Below, piece after piece: positions 1 to 12,233 of a DNA stretch of 64,000 bases. The stretch is from Thermoanaerobaculia bacterium. Its GTDB lineage: Bacteria > Acidobacteriota > Thermoanaerobaculia > UBA5066. Where the stretch lies: assembly GCA_963719225.1 (NCBI GenBank), contig CAVRAY010000001.1:2176001-2240000 (forward strand), in the 5' to 3' direction. A program made the position numbers and the translations under genes. Numbering within the stretch: position 1 is the first letter of the stretch; each line of letters opens with the position of its first letter. The notes under the pieces were generated by a model that saw only the letters and a list, made by a program, of their open reading frames with translations, was not told the DNA's origin and did not search any database.

Positions 1-816
1 CAAGGGCCACAAGTACACGTTCGCCGTCCTGTCCCCCGCGAAGCTCTACCTCAAGGGCGTCATCGACCTCGTCCTCACGAAGGACAAGAACATGAAGACG
101 GTCGCGGTCCTCGGCGAGAACGAGCCGTTTTCGAAGGAGGTCGCGGGCGGCGGGGCCGACTACGCGCGAGGAGAAGGGCCTGACGGTCGTCTACCAGGAG
201 CTCTACCCGACCGGCACCCAGGACGTCAGCGCGCTCCTCACGAACATCAAGGCGAAGAACCCGGACATCGTGCTCGGGCGCGGGCCACCTGCAGGACTCG
301 CTCCTCATCGTCAAGCAGGCCAAGGACCTCGACGTCTCGCCGAAGGCGATGGGCTTCTCGGTCGGGCCGTCGTCGCCGGAGTTCCGGGCGAACCTGAAGA
401 CCAACGCGGACTACATCCTCGGCGCGACGCAGTGGACGGAGGCGCTCAAGTACAACGGCGACGACCCGTGGAAGACGCCGAAGGCCTACGCGGACGCTTT
501 CCGCGCGAAGAACCCGAAGTACCACGATATCCCCTACCAGGTCGCCGAGTCCTCCGCCGCCGTCATCGCGTTCTGGCGCGCGATCGAGAAGGCGGATTCG
601 CTCGACCCGACGAAGGTCCGCGACGCGATCGCCGCGTCTGGACCTCATGACGTTCTACGGCCAGATCAAGTTCGACAGCGCGCGGAATCAACATCTACAA
701 GCCGATGGCCGTCGAGCAGCTCCAGCCCGACGGGCAACAAGTACACGGTGTTCCCGCCGAGCGTCGCGGAGAAGGAAGCCCTGTACCCGATGCCCGCCTG
801 GGACAAGCGGAAGTGA
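1..816 (+). CDS. Branched-chain amino acid-type ABC transporter substrate-binding protein (5' truncated by window; apparent indels)
   Basis: Pieces in several frames (TVAVLGENEPFS, LKTNADYILGATQW, TFYGQIKFD, YPMPAWDKRK); directly upstream of LivH/M/G/F homologues. Confidence 0.85.
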
Positions 817-1683
817 GCCTCGGCGGGCTGGCTCGGCAGATCTTCGTCAACGCGGTTCTCCTGAGCGGGATCCTCGCGCTCGTCGCGCTCGGGTTCTCGC
901 TCGTGTGGGGGATCATGAACATCGTGAACCTCGCGCACGGGGCGTTCATCGTCCTCGGCGCGTACATCACGTACTTCCTGCACGAGCTCCTCCACGTCGA
1001 CCCGTTCCTGTCGATTCCGATCTCGATGCTCGCCCTCTTCACGCTCGGCTGGGCGATCCAGCGCGGGCTCATCAACCAGATCATCAAGGCGCCGCTTCTC
1101 GCGACGTTCCTCCTGACGTTCGGGCTCGAGCTCCTGATCGTCAACCTCATCAACTTCTTCTTCAAGGCCGACCTGCGCTCCGTGACGACGCCGTACAGCG
1201 GGACCGGCTTCACGCTCGGAACGGTGCGGATCCCGTACATCCGGCTCGGCGCGCTCGTCGTCTCGCTCCTTCTCGTCGCGGCCCTCGCCTGGTACGCTCA
1301 AGACGACGCGGATCGGCCGCGCGATCCGGGCGACGGGAATGGACCTCGACGCGGCGCGTCTCACGGGCGTCAAGGTCGCGACGGTGTATGCCGCCACGTT
1401 CGCGATCGGCGCCGCGATGGCCGGCGCCTCCGGCTCCCTCCTCTCGATGATCGTCCCGTTCGACCCGAACCTCGGCGGGACGTACACGCAGCGCGCCTTC
1501 GCGATCTGCGTTCTCGGCGGCCTCGGGAACGTCGCGAACGTCGTGATCGGAGCCGCGATCTACGCCTTCGTGGACGTGTTCGTCGGCGCGCGATTGCCGT
1601 CCCTGTCGCGCGCCGTCACGTTCGCGCTCCTCGTGGTTCTCCTCATCCTTCGCCCGCAGGGCATCGCCGGGAAGGCGGTGTGA
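813..1683 (+). CDS. livH: Branched-chain amino acid ABC permease, LivH-like (one frameshift near 1300)
   Basis: LVALGFSLVWGIMNIVNLAHGAFIVLG; C-terminal half in ORF 1339-1683 (AFAICVLGGLG...LRPQGI). Confidence 0.9.
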
Positions 1684-2661
1684 GCGGGCCGGAGGATCGC
1701 CGCCTGGGGCGCGGGCCTCGCGATCCTCGCGCTCCTCCTGTGCCTGCCGAAGCTCGTCTCGAGCTACAGGCTCCTCACGTACACGCGCTTCCTCCTTCTC
1801 GCGCTCATGGCGCAGGGCTGGAACTTCATCGGTGGATACACGGGTTACGCGGCGTTCGGCAACGTCGCGTACTTCGGGATCGGCGCTTACACGACGGGCC
1901 TCCTCATGCTCGGCAGGTGGCACGTGCCCTTCTTCCCGGCCCTCGGGGCCGGGGCTCTCCTCGCGGCCTGCGTCGCCGCGCTGCTCGGCCTTCCGATCCT
2001 CCGCCTCAAGGGCCATTACTTCGCGATCGCGACCCTCGGGGTGGCCGAGGCGCTCGCGCAGGTCGCGGACACGTGGGACAGCGTGACCGAGGGCTCCACG
2101 GGGATCGACCTGCCCCTCAAGACCGAAGGCGCGTTCTTCTACTACACGGCTCTGGGATTCGTGATCCTCGGAATCCTGTGCACGGCGGGCTTCGCGCGCT
2201 CGAAGCTCGGGCACGGATGCGTCGCGATCCGCGAGGACCAGGACGCGGCGAAGATGCTCGGGATCAACACGACGCTCTACAAGGTCGCCGCGTACGCGAT
2301 CTCGGCGGTTTTCGCCGCGATCGCGGGCGGCATCACGGCCTACCAGAACATCCACGTGACGCCGGGCGATTTCTTCAAGATCGACTACACCCTCCAGATG
2401 ATCATCGCGTCGATCATCGGCGGGGTCGGGACCGTGATCGGGCCGGTCCTCGGCGCCGCCGTCTACCAGCTCCTCTCGACGTACATCTGGAGCAGGTTCA
2501 TCGAGCTCCATCCGACCGTCCTCGGCCTCATCATCGTGTTCTTCATCGTCTTCCTCCCGCGCGGCCTCATGACGGTCATCGCCCGGCGCCGGACGGGCGG
2601 CGAGCGGCCGTTCCGGCTATCCGACCTCCTCGCGAACGTCCGCGCGCACCGGGTCACCTGA
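1680..2661 (+). CDS. livM: Branched-chain amino acid ABC permease, LivM-like (5' end out of frame)
   Basis: WNFIGGYTGYAAFG, LRLKGHYFAIATL, IIGGVGTVIGPVLGA motifs. Confidence 0.9.
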
Positions 2662-4223
2662 TGAGCGCGGCTCCCGCTCCGGCGGCGCGCATCTCCGGCG
2701 AGCCCATCCTCGTCGCGACGGGAATCACGAAGAGGTTCGGCGGGCTCGCGGCCGTGGACGGGGTGGACCTCGCGATCCGCCGCGGCGAGATCCTCGGCGT
2801 CCTCGGCCCGAACGGCGCGGGCAAGACGACGTTCGTGAACTGCGTGACGGGTCTCGACAAGCCGACCTCCGGGACCATCGTCTTCGACGGGCAGGACATC
2901 ACGAGAACGCCGAGCTACCGGATCGGGCGCCTCGGGATGGCCCGCACGTTCCAGGTCGTCAAGCCTCTCCGGCAGCTGACGGTCCGCGAAAACGTCGCGA
3001 CGGGGGCGATGTTCGGCGCCGGCGGGCATCGGCGGACGGCCGCCCAGGCCCGCGCCCACGCGGACGAGATCCTCGAGCGCGTCGCGCTCGCCGACCGGCG
3101 GAACCGGGCCGCGACCGAGCTCACGATTCCCGATCTCAAGAGGCTCGAGCTCGCGAAGGCCCTCGCGATGGACCCGCGGCTCCTCTTCCTCGACGAGGTC
3201 ATGGCGGGGCTGAATCCCTCCGAGATCGAGAAGGCGATGGAGCTCATCCTCTCGATCAACCGGAGCGGGGTCACGATCTTCGTGATCGAGCACGTCATGA
3301 AGGCGATCATGGGGATCTCCGATCGCCTCGTCGTCCTCCACTACGGCCGGAAGATCGCCGAGGGCGAGCCCCGGGAGATCGTCGAGAGTCCCGCCGTGAT
3401 CGAGGCCTATCTCGGGGAGCGGTTCGCGCAGCGCGCTCAGGCGGCCGGGGACGGCGCCACGGCCTTCGTCGCGTCGGGAGAGTTCCGCAAGGCTCCCCCC
3501 GTCGCCGCGGGCCCGGCTCTGCTCTCCGTGAACGGGCTCTCGTCCGGCTACGGCGACGTCCAGATCCTGCGGGAGGTCTCGCTCGAGGTGCGGGACCGGG
3601 AGATCGTCGCGCTCATCGGGGCGAATGGCGCCGGAAAGACGACGCTCCTGAACACGATCTCGCAGCTCCTCAGGCCGAAGGCCGGTTCGTTCTCCTTCGC
3701 CGGGCGAGACATGACGGCCGCCCGCCCCGAAGAGGTCGTCGCCGCCGGGATCGTCCACGTCCCGCAGGGCCGGCGCCTCTTCGCCGGACTCACCGTGGAG
3801 GAGAACCTCCTGCAGGGCGCCTACGCGCGACGCGACGCCGCCGGGATCGAGGAGGACCTCGAATGGGTCTTCGGGCTCCTGCCGCGCCTGAAGGAACGCG
3901 CGGCGCAGCTCGCGGGGAGGCTGTCGGGAGGGGAGCAGCAGATGGGCGCGATCGGGCGCGGGCTCATGAGCCGCCCGCGCCTCCTCCTGATCGACGAGCT
4001 CTCGCTGGGCCTCGCCCCGCTCGTCGTCGACCACCTCCTCGAGCTCATCTCGCGGATCAACGAGAAAGGCACGACCGTCCTCCTCGTCGAGCAGGACGTC
4101 CAGGTGGCGCTCGAGCACGCGCACCGGGGCTACGTCCTCGAGACCGGCCGCATCGTCCAGTCGGGGCCCGCGGAGGAGCTCCTCGACGACACGCGGATCC
4201 GCCAGGCCTACCTCGGGCTGTGA
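2661..4223 (+). CDS. Fused LivG-LivF double ABC ATPase
   Basis: Two Walker A motifs (GPNGAGKTT, GANGAGKTT), LFLDE and LSGGEQQM...LLIDE in one frame. Confidence 0.85.
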   Translation: MSAAPAPAARISGEPILVATGITKRFGGLAAVDGVDLAIRRGEILGVLGPNGAGKTTFVNCVTGLDKPTSGTIVFDGQDITRTPSYRIGRLGMARTFQVVKPLRQLTVRENVATGAMFGAGGHRRTAAQARAHADEILERVALADRRNRAATELTIPDLKRLELAKALAMDPRLLFLDEVMAGLNPSEIEKAMELILSINRSGVTIFVIEHVMKAIMGISDRLVVLHYGRKIAEGEPREIVESPAVIEAYLGERFAQRAQAAGDGATAFVASGEFRKAPPVAAGPALLSVNGLSSGYGDVQILREVSLEVRDREIVALIGANGAGKTTLLNTISQLLRPKAGSFSFAGRDMTAARPEEVVAAGIVHVPQGRRLFAGLTVEENLLQGAYARRDAAGIEEDLEWVFGLLPRLKERAAQLAGRLSGGEQQMGAIGRGLMSRPRLLLIDELSLGLAPLVVDHLLELISRINEKGTTVLLVEQDVQVALEHAHRGYVLETGRIVQSGPAEELLDDTRIRQAYLGL

Positions 4224-4230
4224 GCCGGGA

Positions 4231-5397
4231 GTGACGATCCGCCAGGCCGACCCGCGGCTCGCGCTCCCGGCCCTCTTCTTCGCGACGGTCGCGGTCTTCG
4301 CCGACCTCTACGTCACCCAGCCGATCCTTCCCCTTCTCTCGCGCGAATTCGGGGTGCCGGCCCCGACGGCGGCCCTGACCGTATCCGTCGTCGTCCTGAT
4401 GATCGCGCTCTTTTCCAACGCCTACGGGCCTCTCGCCGACGCCTGGGGCCGAAAGCCCGTGATGGTCGCGAGCTGCGCCGCTCTGGCCGTCCCGACGCTC
4501 CTCTGCGCCGCCGCGCCGACGTTTCCGATCCTCGTCGTCCTGCGCGGGTTGCAGGGGCTCCTCATGCCGGGGGTCGCCGCCGTCGCCGTGCCGTGGATCG
4601 GAGACAATACGCCGGCGCGGCGCTCGGACCGGCGGTCGGAAGCTATGGTCGCGGCGTCGGTCCTCGGCGGCTTGACCGGCCGCGTCAGCAGCGGGTGGAT
4701 CGCGGGCCATTGCAGCTGGCGCGGGCGCCTTTCTGCTCTTCGGAGCCTGACGCTGCTCGGCGCCCTCGGGATGGCGCTCCACCTGCCCGCGGTCGCCGCG
4801 GCCGGGAGGTCCACGTGATCGGGCGCGCGTTCCGCGAGATGGCGCGCCACATGCGGAACCGGCGGATCGTGGGCGGGCTCGTCATCGGCTTCTCGATCTT
4901 CTTCGGGTTCATCGCGGATCTTCACGTACCTTCCTTATTACCTCACGGCTCGCTCCGTTCGGCCTCTCGTCTCGCGCAAGTTTCCGGCGATCTATCTCGT
5001 CTACGTCGCGGGGATCGCGACCTCCTGGACGTGCGGGAGGGCTGCCGGCGGCTCGGGAGACGGACGATCATGGCCGCGGGATTCGTCCTCGCTTGCCGGA
5101 GCGGTGATGCGGAACTCTCGTCCGGTCGATTCCCGTCGTGGTCCTCGGCCTCGTCGCCCTCTGCGTCGGGATGTTCTTCGTCCAGGGGACCGCCCCGGCG
5201 TTCGTGAATACGACGGCGCACGGGAAGCGAAGGGAGGAGCGGGAGCGCTCTACACGACTTTCTATTACGTCGGGGCGACTTTCGGGTCGGTCCTGCCCGG
5301 GTTCGCGTGGCAGGCATTCGGGTGGCCCGGCGTCGTCGCGACGTGCCTGGCCTCGTTCGCCGTCGGCCTCCTGTCGGATCTGGCCCTGTGCGCGTAA
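4231..5397 (+). CDS. MFS transporter, YnfM-like (multiple apparent frameshifts)
   Basis: DLYVTQPILP, GPLADAWGRKPVM; C-terminus ALYTTFYYVGATFGS...LSDLALCA in another frame. Confidence 0.8.
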
Positions 5398-5433
5398 GCG
5401 CACTACAGGACCGGCGCTCCCCCGCAGGACTAT

Positions 5434-7967
5434 TCATCGTGTTGGCGATCGTGGCGTCAAATCGGACGGAGTTCCGGCTTTGGCAGGATCGAGAATCCGA
5501 TACGCGAGCAGTTTCACGCGGTCATTCACGAGGAACCACGCCAGCGCATAGCCCCAGACGAAGAGTGCCCAACCCCAGCCGAGGGGTGTCATGAACAGTC
5601 CATAAACCGCGATCAACGTCGCCACGATTTGCGTCCCGACCACCGCCACCCACAGAATCCTCGGCGGGCCGGATGGACCAGAACGGCCCGCGCGTGCGGG
5701 TCAAGAAAGATCGTCAGGTGTCCTGCTACGGACAGCTTCAGGTACATCAGCGTCTGAACGTGCGTCATGGTCGAGATGGAACACGCGCAAACCGAGGATA
5801 GAACAAGCCGAACGCAGAGACGACCCCGATGACGCCGAGCACGGTGGAGACCCCGAGGACGAGCCGCATGTTCCACGCCTCGGGCTTGATCCTTGTAATG
5901 AACGTTGTCATACGCGATGGACAGGATGGCGCCGTCGTTCAGCAGCGCCAGCATCACGATCATCACGGCCGTGACCGGATAGAAGTTGAAGATCAGGATC
6001 GCCAGCGTCATGAAGAACAGGACGCGTAGCGTCTCGGCGATGCGGTAGATCGCGTAGCTGTTCATCCGCTGGAAGATGCGGCGGCTCTCCTTGATCGCGT
6101 CGATGATCACCGACAGGCCGGACGCCGTCAGCACGATGGAGGCCGCAGCCCGCGCTGCGTCCGTCGCGCCCGAAACGGCGATGCCGCAGTCGGCCTTCTT
6201 CAGCGCGGGCGCGTCATTCACCCCGTCGCCCGTCATCCCGACGATGTGCCCGCGCTTCTGCAGGACGTCCACGATGTGGAATTTGTGCTCGGGGAACACC
6301 TGGGCGAACCCGTCGGCCGTTCTCGATCGATTCGGCCGTCGCCGTGGACTCCTCGTGCTTGGAGTCGCCCAGTGCGGCCGCGTCGAGGATATTGGTGCCC
6401 AAGTCCAGCTTCTTGGCGGTTTCCTTGGCGATCGCCAGTGCATCGCCCGTCACCATCTCGACCTTCACGCCCATCTCTCGAGCGGTCGCGATGGTTGCCT
6501 TGGCGTCGTCCCGCGGCGGGTCGAACAACGGCAGGACGCCCATGAGCTGCCATGCGCCGCCGCCGTCGGCCCGCGCCACGCCCGAGCGAACGGAAGCCAC
6601 GCGCCGCGAATTCGTCGACCGCCTTCTCGACGGCGGGCTTCAGTTGCCCGGCGTTGGCCGACAACGTCCAGGATCACCTGCGGCGCGCCCTTCGTCACCT
6701 TGAACGTTGATCCGCCGGTCGCCTTGACAGTGGCCTCCGTACGCTTATGGACCGGGTCGAAAGGCTGGAAGTGAACGACCTCGTAGCCCTTCAAGGCGTT
6801 CTTGTCCTTGAGACCACCCAGAACGGCCAGGTCGATGGTGTCGTTGTCGTCGGCCCGGGAGGCCAGGGCGCCGTTGAGGATGACCTGATCGGCGGAAACA
6901 CCGCTCATGCGGAAGGGGTCGCCGAGGGTCAGCTTGTTCTGGGTCAGGGTTCCGGTCTTGTCGGCGCAGAGCACGTCCACTCCCGCCAGCTCCTCGATCG
7001 CGACCAGCTTGCTGACGATCGCCTTCTTCTTCGCGAGCAGGCGCGCACCGACCGCCATCGTCACCGACAACACCGTCGGCATCGCGACCGGGATCGCGGC
7101 GACCGTCAGGACGAGCGCGAACTGCAGCGTCGTGAGGATCGGGTCGCCGCGGAGAATCGCGACCGCGACGATTCCCGCCACGAGAGCGACCGCGAGAATG
7201 ATGAGGTAATTCCCGATCTTCAAGACCGCCTTCTGAAAATGGCTGACGGTGTGCGCCTCCTGCACCAGTTGTGCGGTCTTGCCGAAATAGGTCTTTTCAC
7301 CCGTGGCATACACCAGCGCACCGATTTCACCCCGCCGAAGGATGGACCCGGAGAAGACGGCGTCACCGGGCTTCCGGGTTGCGGGCAACGACTCTCCGGT
7401 GAGCGCCGACTGGTCCACCTCCACCGGGTCGCCCTCCAGCAGGCGCGCGTCGGCCGGCACGATGTCGCCGAGCCGCATGCGGATCACGTCCCCCGGCACC
7501 AGCTCACGCGCCAGTGGGGTGACCCACTTCCCATCACGTTTGACCCTGGCCTTGATCGCCAGTTTGGCTTTCAGGGCTGCGATGGCGTCGCCCGCCTGGC
7601 GCTCTTCCCAGAACCCGACGACGGCGTTCGCCACCAGCAAGAGGAGGATGATGCCGAAGTCCGGCCAGTGCCGCGCGACCGCCGAAAGGATTACGGCCGC
7701 TTCGATCATCCAGGGGATGGGGCCCCAGAAATAGGTCAGGAGCTTCAATAGCGGGTTGGTCTTCTTTTCCTCGAGCTCGTTGGGCCCGTATTGAATCAGG
7801 CGCTTTTCCGCCTCGGCTTGAGTCAGACCGTCTGGCGATGACCCCAGCTTCTTTTCCACATCCGCCACGGGCAAGGATTTCAGATCGTCCTTCACGTCGG
7901 GTGTGGTACCGGTCTTCGCCGCCGGCTTCGATGCGGGAGCCTTGGAAGGCTTGTCTCCTGATGTCAT
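5434..7967 (-). CDS. Plasma-membrane proton-efflux P-type ATPase (several apparent frameshifts in the 3' half)
   Basis: [61 protein letters not shown]. Confidence 0.92.
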
Positions 7968-8079
7968 GACGGGTGTTCTTTCTATGTTTCTACGCTGCCG
8001 GCTTCGTGCGCTTCGAGCATGCGGATCGATGTCCGCAACGTGTCGCAGTCGAGAAGAACGACGACGTCGTTCGGTGACG

Positions 8080-9479
8080 TCACGGGGTCGTCTCGTGGAG
8101 GATTGGGTTGTGCCAGCCACCGTCCGCCGCGATGAGCGCGTCCGCCTCTTTGGGGCCCCAGCTCCCCGGCTTGTAGGGACGGACTCGGCGGTGGGTCTTC
8201 AGGACCCGATCAACGGCAGCCCACGCGGCCTCGACGGCGTCCTCCCGCGTGAAGAGAGCCCCGTCGCCGGCCATGGCGTCCGTCAACAGCCGCTCGTAAG
8301 GCGTTTCCTCTCCCGGCTGTTGATCGACGAGGTAGAGCTCGCGCTGGTCGCCCACGAACTCCTTGCCGGCGCGCTTGACGCGAGCGGCGATGGCGACGGC
8401 GGAATTCGGGGAAAGCCTGAACCGCAGATAGTTCGCCGGGCCGGCCTTCGGCGCCGAGTCCGTGAAGAGCCGTTGCGGCGGTGGTTTCAGCTCGGCGAGG
8501 ACCTCGCAAGCCGTCTCGGGCAGAAGCTTGCCGGAGCGCAGGTACCAGGGCACTCCGGCCCAGCGCCACGAGTCGATGAAGAGCCGCACGGCGCAGAACG
8601 TCTCGACGTCGGAGTTCCGCGCCACGCCCGGCTCCTTGCGGTAGCCGGCGTACTGGCCGCGGACCACGTCGGCGCCTCGCAGCGGCCGCATGGCCTGGAA
8701 GACGGCTGCCTTCTCGGCGTGCACGGCCCCGAAGCCCTGGTAGGCCGGCGGCTCCATCGCGAGGAGGGCGACGATCTGGAAGAGGTGATTCTGGATCACG
8801 TCGCGCAGGCAGCCGGCCGTTTCGTAGAACGCGCCGCGCCCATTCACCCCGAAGTCCTCCGAGAGGGTGACCTGTACGCTGGCCACGTAGTTGCGGTTCC
8901 AGATCGGCTCGAGGAACGAATTGGCGAACCGGAAATAGAGGATGTTCATGATCGCTTCCTTGCCGAGGAAGTGATCGATGCGGAAGATCGCGGACTCCGG
9001 AAACACCGCCCGCGCGACACGATTGAGCTTGCGCGCGGAGGCCAGGTCGCGGCCGAACGGCTTCTCGACGATGACGCGCGCGCCGTCCGCCAGGCCCGCC
9101 GCCCCGAGCCCCGTGATGACCGTGGCGAAGAGCGATGGCGGAATGGCGAGGTAGTGCGCCGGGCGGCGGGCACCGCCCAGCGCGCTCTTGAGCGCCGCGA
9201 AGGTTGCCGGATCGTTGTAGTCGCCGTGCACGTAACGCAGCAGGGAAAGCAGATGGCTGAGGGCGCGCTTGCTGTCGATCCCACCAGCTCTCCTGACGCT
9301 GTCCGCCGCACGCCTGCGCAGTCGCTCCAGACTCCATGGCGGGAGGGCGACGCCGACGACCGGGACGTCGAGAACGCCGCGCTTCACCATGGCGTAGAGC
9401 GCCGGGAAGATCATCTTGTGGGCGAGGTCACCCGTCACGCCGAAGAGCACGAGAGCGTCGCGGAACGAGGCGCGGTCAT
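8080..9479 (-). CDS. zwf: Glucose-6-phosphate dehydrogenase (probable ATG at 9479 is offset by one indel from the main frame)
   Basis: FGVTGDLA, IVEKPFGRDLASA, RIDHFLGKE, RDVIQNHL. Confidence 0.93.
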
Positions 9480-11128
9480 ACCGCTTCCCCTCGGAGCGCC
9501 GCGTCCACGATCGCCTGCGCCTCCTTCACGATGCGGCGCAGGTGATTCCCCCCACGAAAGCTCTCCGCATAGATCTTGTAGATGTCCTCGGTGCCCGACG
9601 GTCGCGCGGCGAACCAGCCACTCTCGGCAATGACCTTGATCCCTCCGATCGGCGCGTGGTTTCCCGGAGCCTCATTGACGATGCTCTGGACTTTTTCGCC
9701 GGCCAGCTCTGCGCATCGCACCTGTTGCGGCGAGAGCGCCGCGAGTCGCTTCTTCTGTTCGGCGGTCGCCGGCGCCTCGACCCGGTCGTACACCGGCTGG
9801 CCGAATTCGCGCGCCAGGTCGCCGTAGATCTCGCCGGGATCCCGGCCCGCCCGCGCGGTGATCTCCGCTGCTAGCAACGCCGGCACGATGCCGTCCTTGT
9901 CCGTCGTCCACACCGTCCCGTCGCGGCGAAGAAAGGAAGCCCCGGCGCTCTCCTCGCCACCGAAACCGAGCGAGCCGTCGAACAGGCCGTCGACGAACCA
10001 CTTGAAGCCGACCGGGACCTCGTAGAGCTTCCGGCCGAGTTTTCCGGTGACGCGATCGATCATCCGGCTGCTCACCACCGTCTTGCCGACCGCCGCGTCC
10101 TTGCGCCAGCCCGGTCGATGCTGGAAGAGGTAGTCGATGGCCGCGGAAAGGTAATGGTTCGGCGGCAGCAGTCCCCGGCTCTTGGTTACGATGCCGTGCC
10201 GGTCGTGGTCGGTGTCGCAGGCGAAGGACAGGTCAAAGCGGTCCTTCATCCCGATCAGTCGCTGCATCGCGTAGACCGAGGAGGGATCCATCCGGATCCG
10301 CCCGTCCCAATCCACCGTCATGAACCGGAAGGCCTGGTCCACCACGTCGCTCACGACCGTGAGATCGAGGCGATAGCGTTCCGCAATGGGGCCCCAGTAG
10401 TGGACGCCGGCCCCGCCGAGGGGGTCCACGCCGAGACGAAGGCCCGCACCGCGGATGGCGTCCATGTCGAGGACGTTCCCCAGGTCGCGGACGTAGGCGT
10501 TGAGGTAGTCGTGCCGGTGCGTCGTTGCGGCGCGCAGCGCCTTCGCGTGTGGCATGCGCTTCACGCCGTCGAGACCGTGCTCCATGAACTCGTTGGCCCG
10601 GGCTTCGATCCCGCTCGTGACGTCGGTGCCGGCCGGCCCACCGTCGGGGGGGTTGTACTTGAAGCCTCCGTTGTCGGGTGGATTGTGGGATGGCGTGATC
10701 ACGATCCCGTCGGCGAGCCCTCCTTTGCGCCCGCGGTTGTAGCCGAGGATCGCGTGGGACACCACGGGCGTCGGCGTGTATTCGTCGTGCTCGGCGAGCA
10801 TGACGTCGACATCGTTGGCCGCCAGCACCTCGAGCGCGGACGCGCAGGCCGGCACCGACAGCGCGTGCGTATCGAGGCCGAGAAAGAGCGGCCCGTCGAT
10901 GCCCCGGCCCCGGCGATCGCGGCAGATGGCTTCGCTGATCGCGAGCACGTGCCATTCGTTGAAGGACGTCTCGAATGCCGAGCCGCGATGCCCGGACGTG
11001 CCGAAGGCGACGCGCTGCGCGCCCACCGAGGGATCGGGAATTTCGGTGTAATAGGCCGTGACCAGCCTGGAGACGTCGAGAAGCATCGCCGGCGGAGGCG
11101 GATGGCCCGCGAGAGGACTGATCTTCAT
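9476..11128 (-). CDS. pgm: Phosphoglucomutase (alpha-D-glucose-1,6-bisphosphate-dependent)
   Basis: FGTSGHRGS, ITPSHNPP, CDTDHDRHG, GGEESAGASF, ARPSGTEDIYKIYAES. Confidence 0.96.
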   Translation of the reverse strand: MKISPLAGHPPPPAMLLDVSRLVTAYYTEIPDPSVGAQRVAFGTSGHRGSAFETSFNEWHVLAISEAICRDRRGRGIDGPLFLGLDTHALSVPACASALEVLAANDVDVMLAEHDEYTPTPVVSHAILGYNRGRKGGLADGIVITPSHNPPDNGGFKYNPPDGGPAGTDVTSGIEARANEFMEHGLDGVKRMPHAKALRAATTHRHDYLNAYVRDLGNVLDMDAIRGAGLRLGVDPLGGAGVHYWGPIAERYRLDLTVVSDVVDQAFRFMTVDWDGRIRMDPSSVYAMQRLIGMKDRFDLSFACDTDHDRHGIVTKSRGLLPPNHYLSAAIDYLFQHRPGWRKDAAVGKTVVSSRMIDRVTGKLGRKLYEVPVGFKWFVDGLFDGSLGFGGEESAGASFLRRDGTVWTTDKDGIVPALLAAEITARAGRDPGEIYGDLAREFGQPVYDRVEAPATAEQKKRLAALSPQQVRCAELAGEKVQSIVNEAPGNHAPIGGIKVIAESGWFAARPSGTEDIYKIYAESFRGGNHLRRIVKEAQAIVDAALRGEAV

Positions 11129-11163
11129 GGCGTCCCGCTAGGACGGCGCGTACGGATTCGGGA

Positions 11164-11958
11164 TCACTCCGATCGCCCCGGATGGTGCGCGCGCTGCGCC
11201 TCCTCGGGACGGTCGCTTCCCACAGGGCGTCCGTAATAGTCGGAGAGACGTGCTTCGTACTCGCGGTCAATGGCCGCGCTCGAATTCCACTCGGGGCTGT
11301 TCTTGATGTCTTGTCGAGACATGTCTACATAGACCTTGCGTTCGTCCCAGCTGATGCGACTTGCCCAGTGCGGCGCAATCAGCACCTTTTTGCCGAACCA
11401 CCAGTGGCTGGTGTCGATCACCAGGTAGCGGACTTCCCAGGTTTCATCATCGACGAGAAAATCGTCGACGTGACCGATCGCTCCGTCGGTTCCCTGTATC
11501 TGATATCTGCGAAGCTCCCTTTCGCTCCGTAAATGCACGTCACGGGACAGCTCGGAATGCCCGGCGGCGGTTTCGTCGGACCCGGCCGCCGCGAGCGCGT
11601 CTGGGTAAGAACCCCAGCCCCAGAGTCCCGGGGCCCTCCAGTAGTAGGGAAATCCGTAGTAGCGGGAAAAATCTCCTTCGTGCTGGCGGGAGACAGGTTT
11701 GTCCACATCGATACTCGGGCTGTTCCTGACCTTTTCCATCGTCAGCGCCAGGTGGAAGTGGCGGGTCGCCCACTCGGCCTTGCGGAAAGAGGCGGGTGAG
11801 ACGAGCACCTGGCGCCCATCGAGGAAGCTGCCGGGCTCGATGACGAGGTAGCGCACGATCCAACGCTCGTCGTCCAGAAGGAAGGACACGACCCTTCCGA
11901 TGTCGCCGTCGGTGGCGCTCGCCTTGTACCGCTCGAGATCTCTCAGGCTCCGTAGCAC
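11164..11958 (-). CDS. Tandem PRC-barrel domain protein
   Basis: Two repeats of ATDG.IG.V.DF..DDE.W.VRYLV.D; starts MLRSLRDL. Confidence 0.85.
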   Translation of the reverse strand: MLRSLRDLERYKASATDGDIGRVVSFLLDDERWIVRYLVIEPGSFLDGRQVLVSPASFRKAEWATRHFHLALTMEKVRNSPSIDVDKPVSRQHEGDFSRYYGFPYYWRAPGLWGWGSYPDALAAAGSDETAAGHSELSRDVHLRSERELRRYQIQGTDGAIGHVDDFLVDDETWEVRYLVIDTSHWWFGKKVLIAPHWASRISWDERKVYVDMSRQDIKNSPEWNSSAAIDREYEARLSDYYGRPVGSDRPEEAQRAHHPGRSE

Positions 11959-12233
11959 GGATATTTCCTCGCCGCTTCGCGGTCCCGTTCGAAACCGTAT
12001 AGACACCTACGCATAATTGGCGCCATACCGCGGACATCGCCCAGCGGCGCCAGCCGGCTCGTTTTCGGCAGTCGGACGGTTCGCTCGCCGCGTCACGGCC
12101 CCGGCCGTGTGGGCGGTCCCGGTGCAAGATTTGCCGATCGACGGAAGGGACTGCAACCTCGGCGATCGGGGCACGGAGCCGACGGGATTGGACAGCCGCT
12201 TGGCCGCGCGCTTCCTCTTCTGCCGGCCCGCTC

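Noticed and set aside
705-4223. 1172-aa ORF as a giant fusion protein
   Set aside because: Artefact of an indel in livH that joins it through an off-frame stretch to the ATPase gene
1-6700. Mass pseudogenisation or programmed frameshifting
   Set aside because: Dense single-base indels across unrelated genes with otherwise intact motifs fit low-coverage long-read error better
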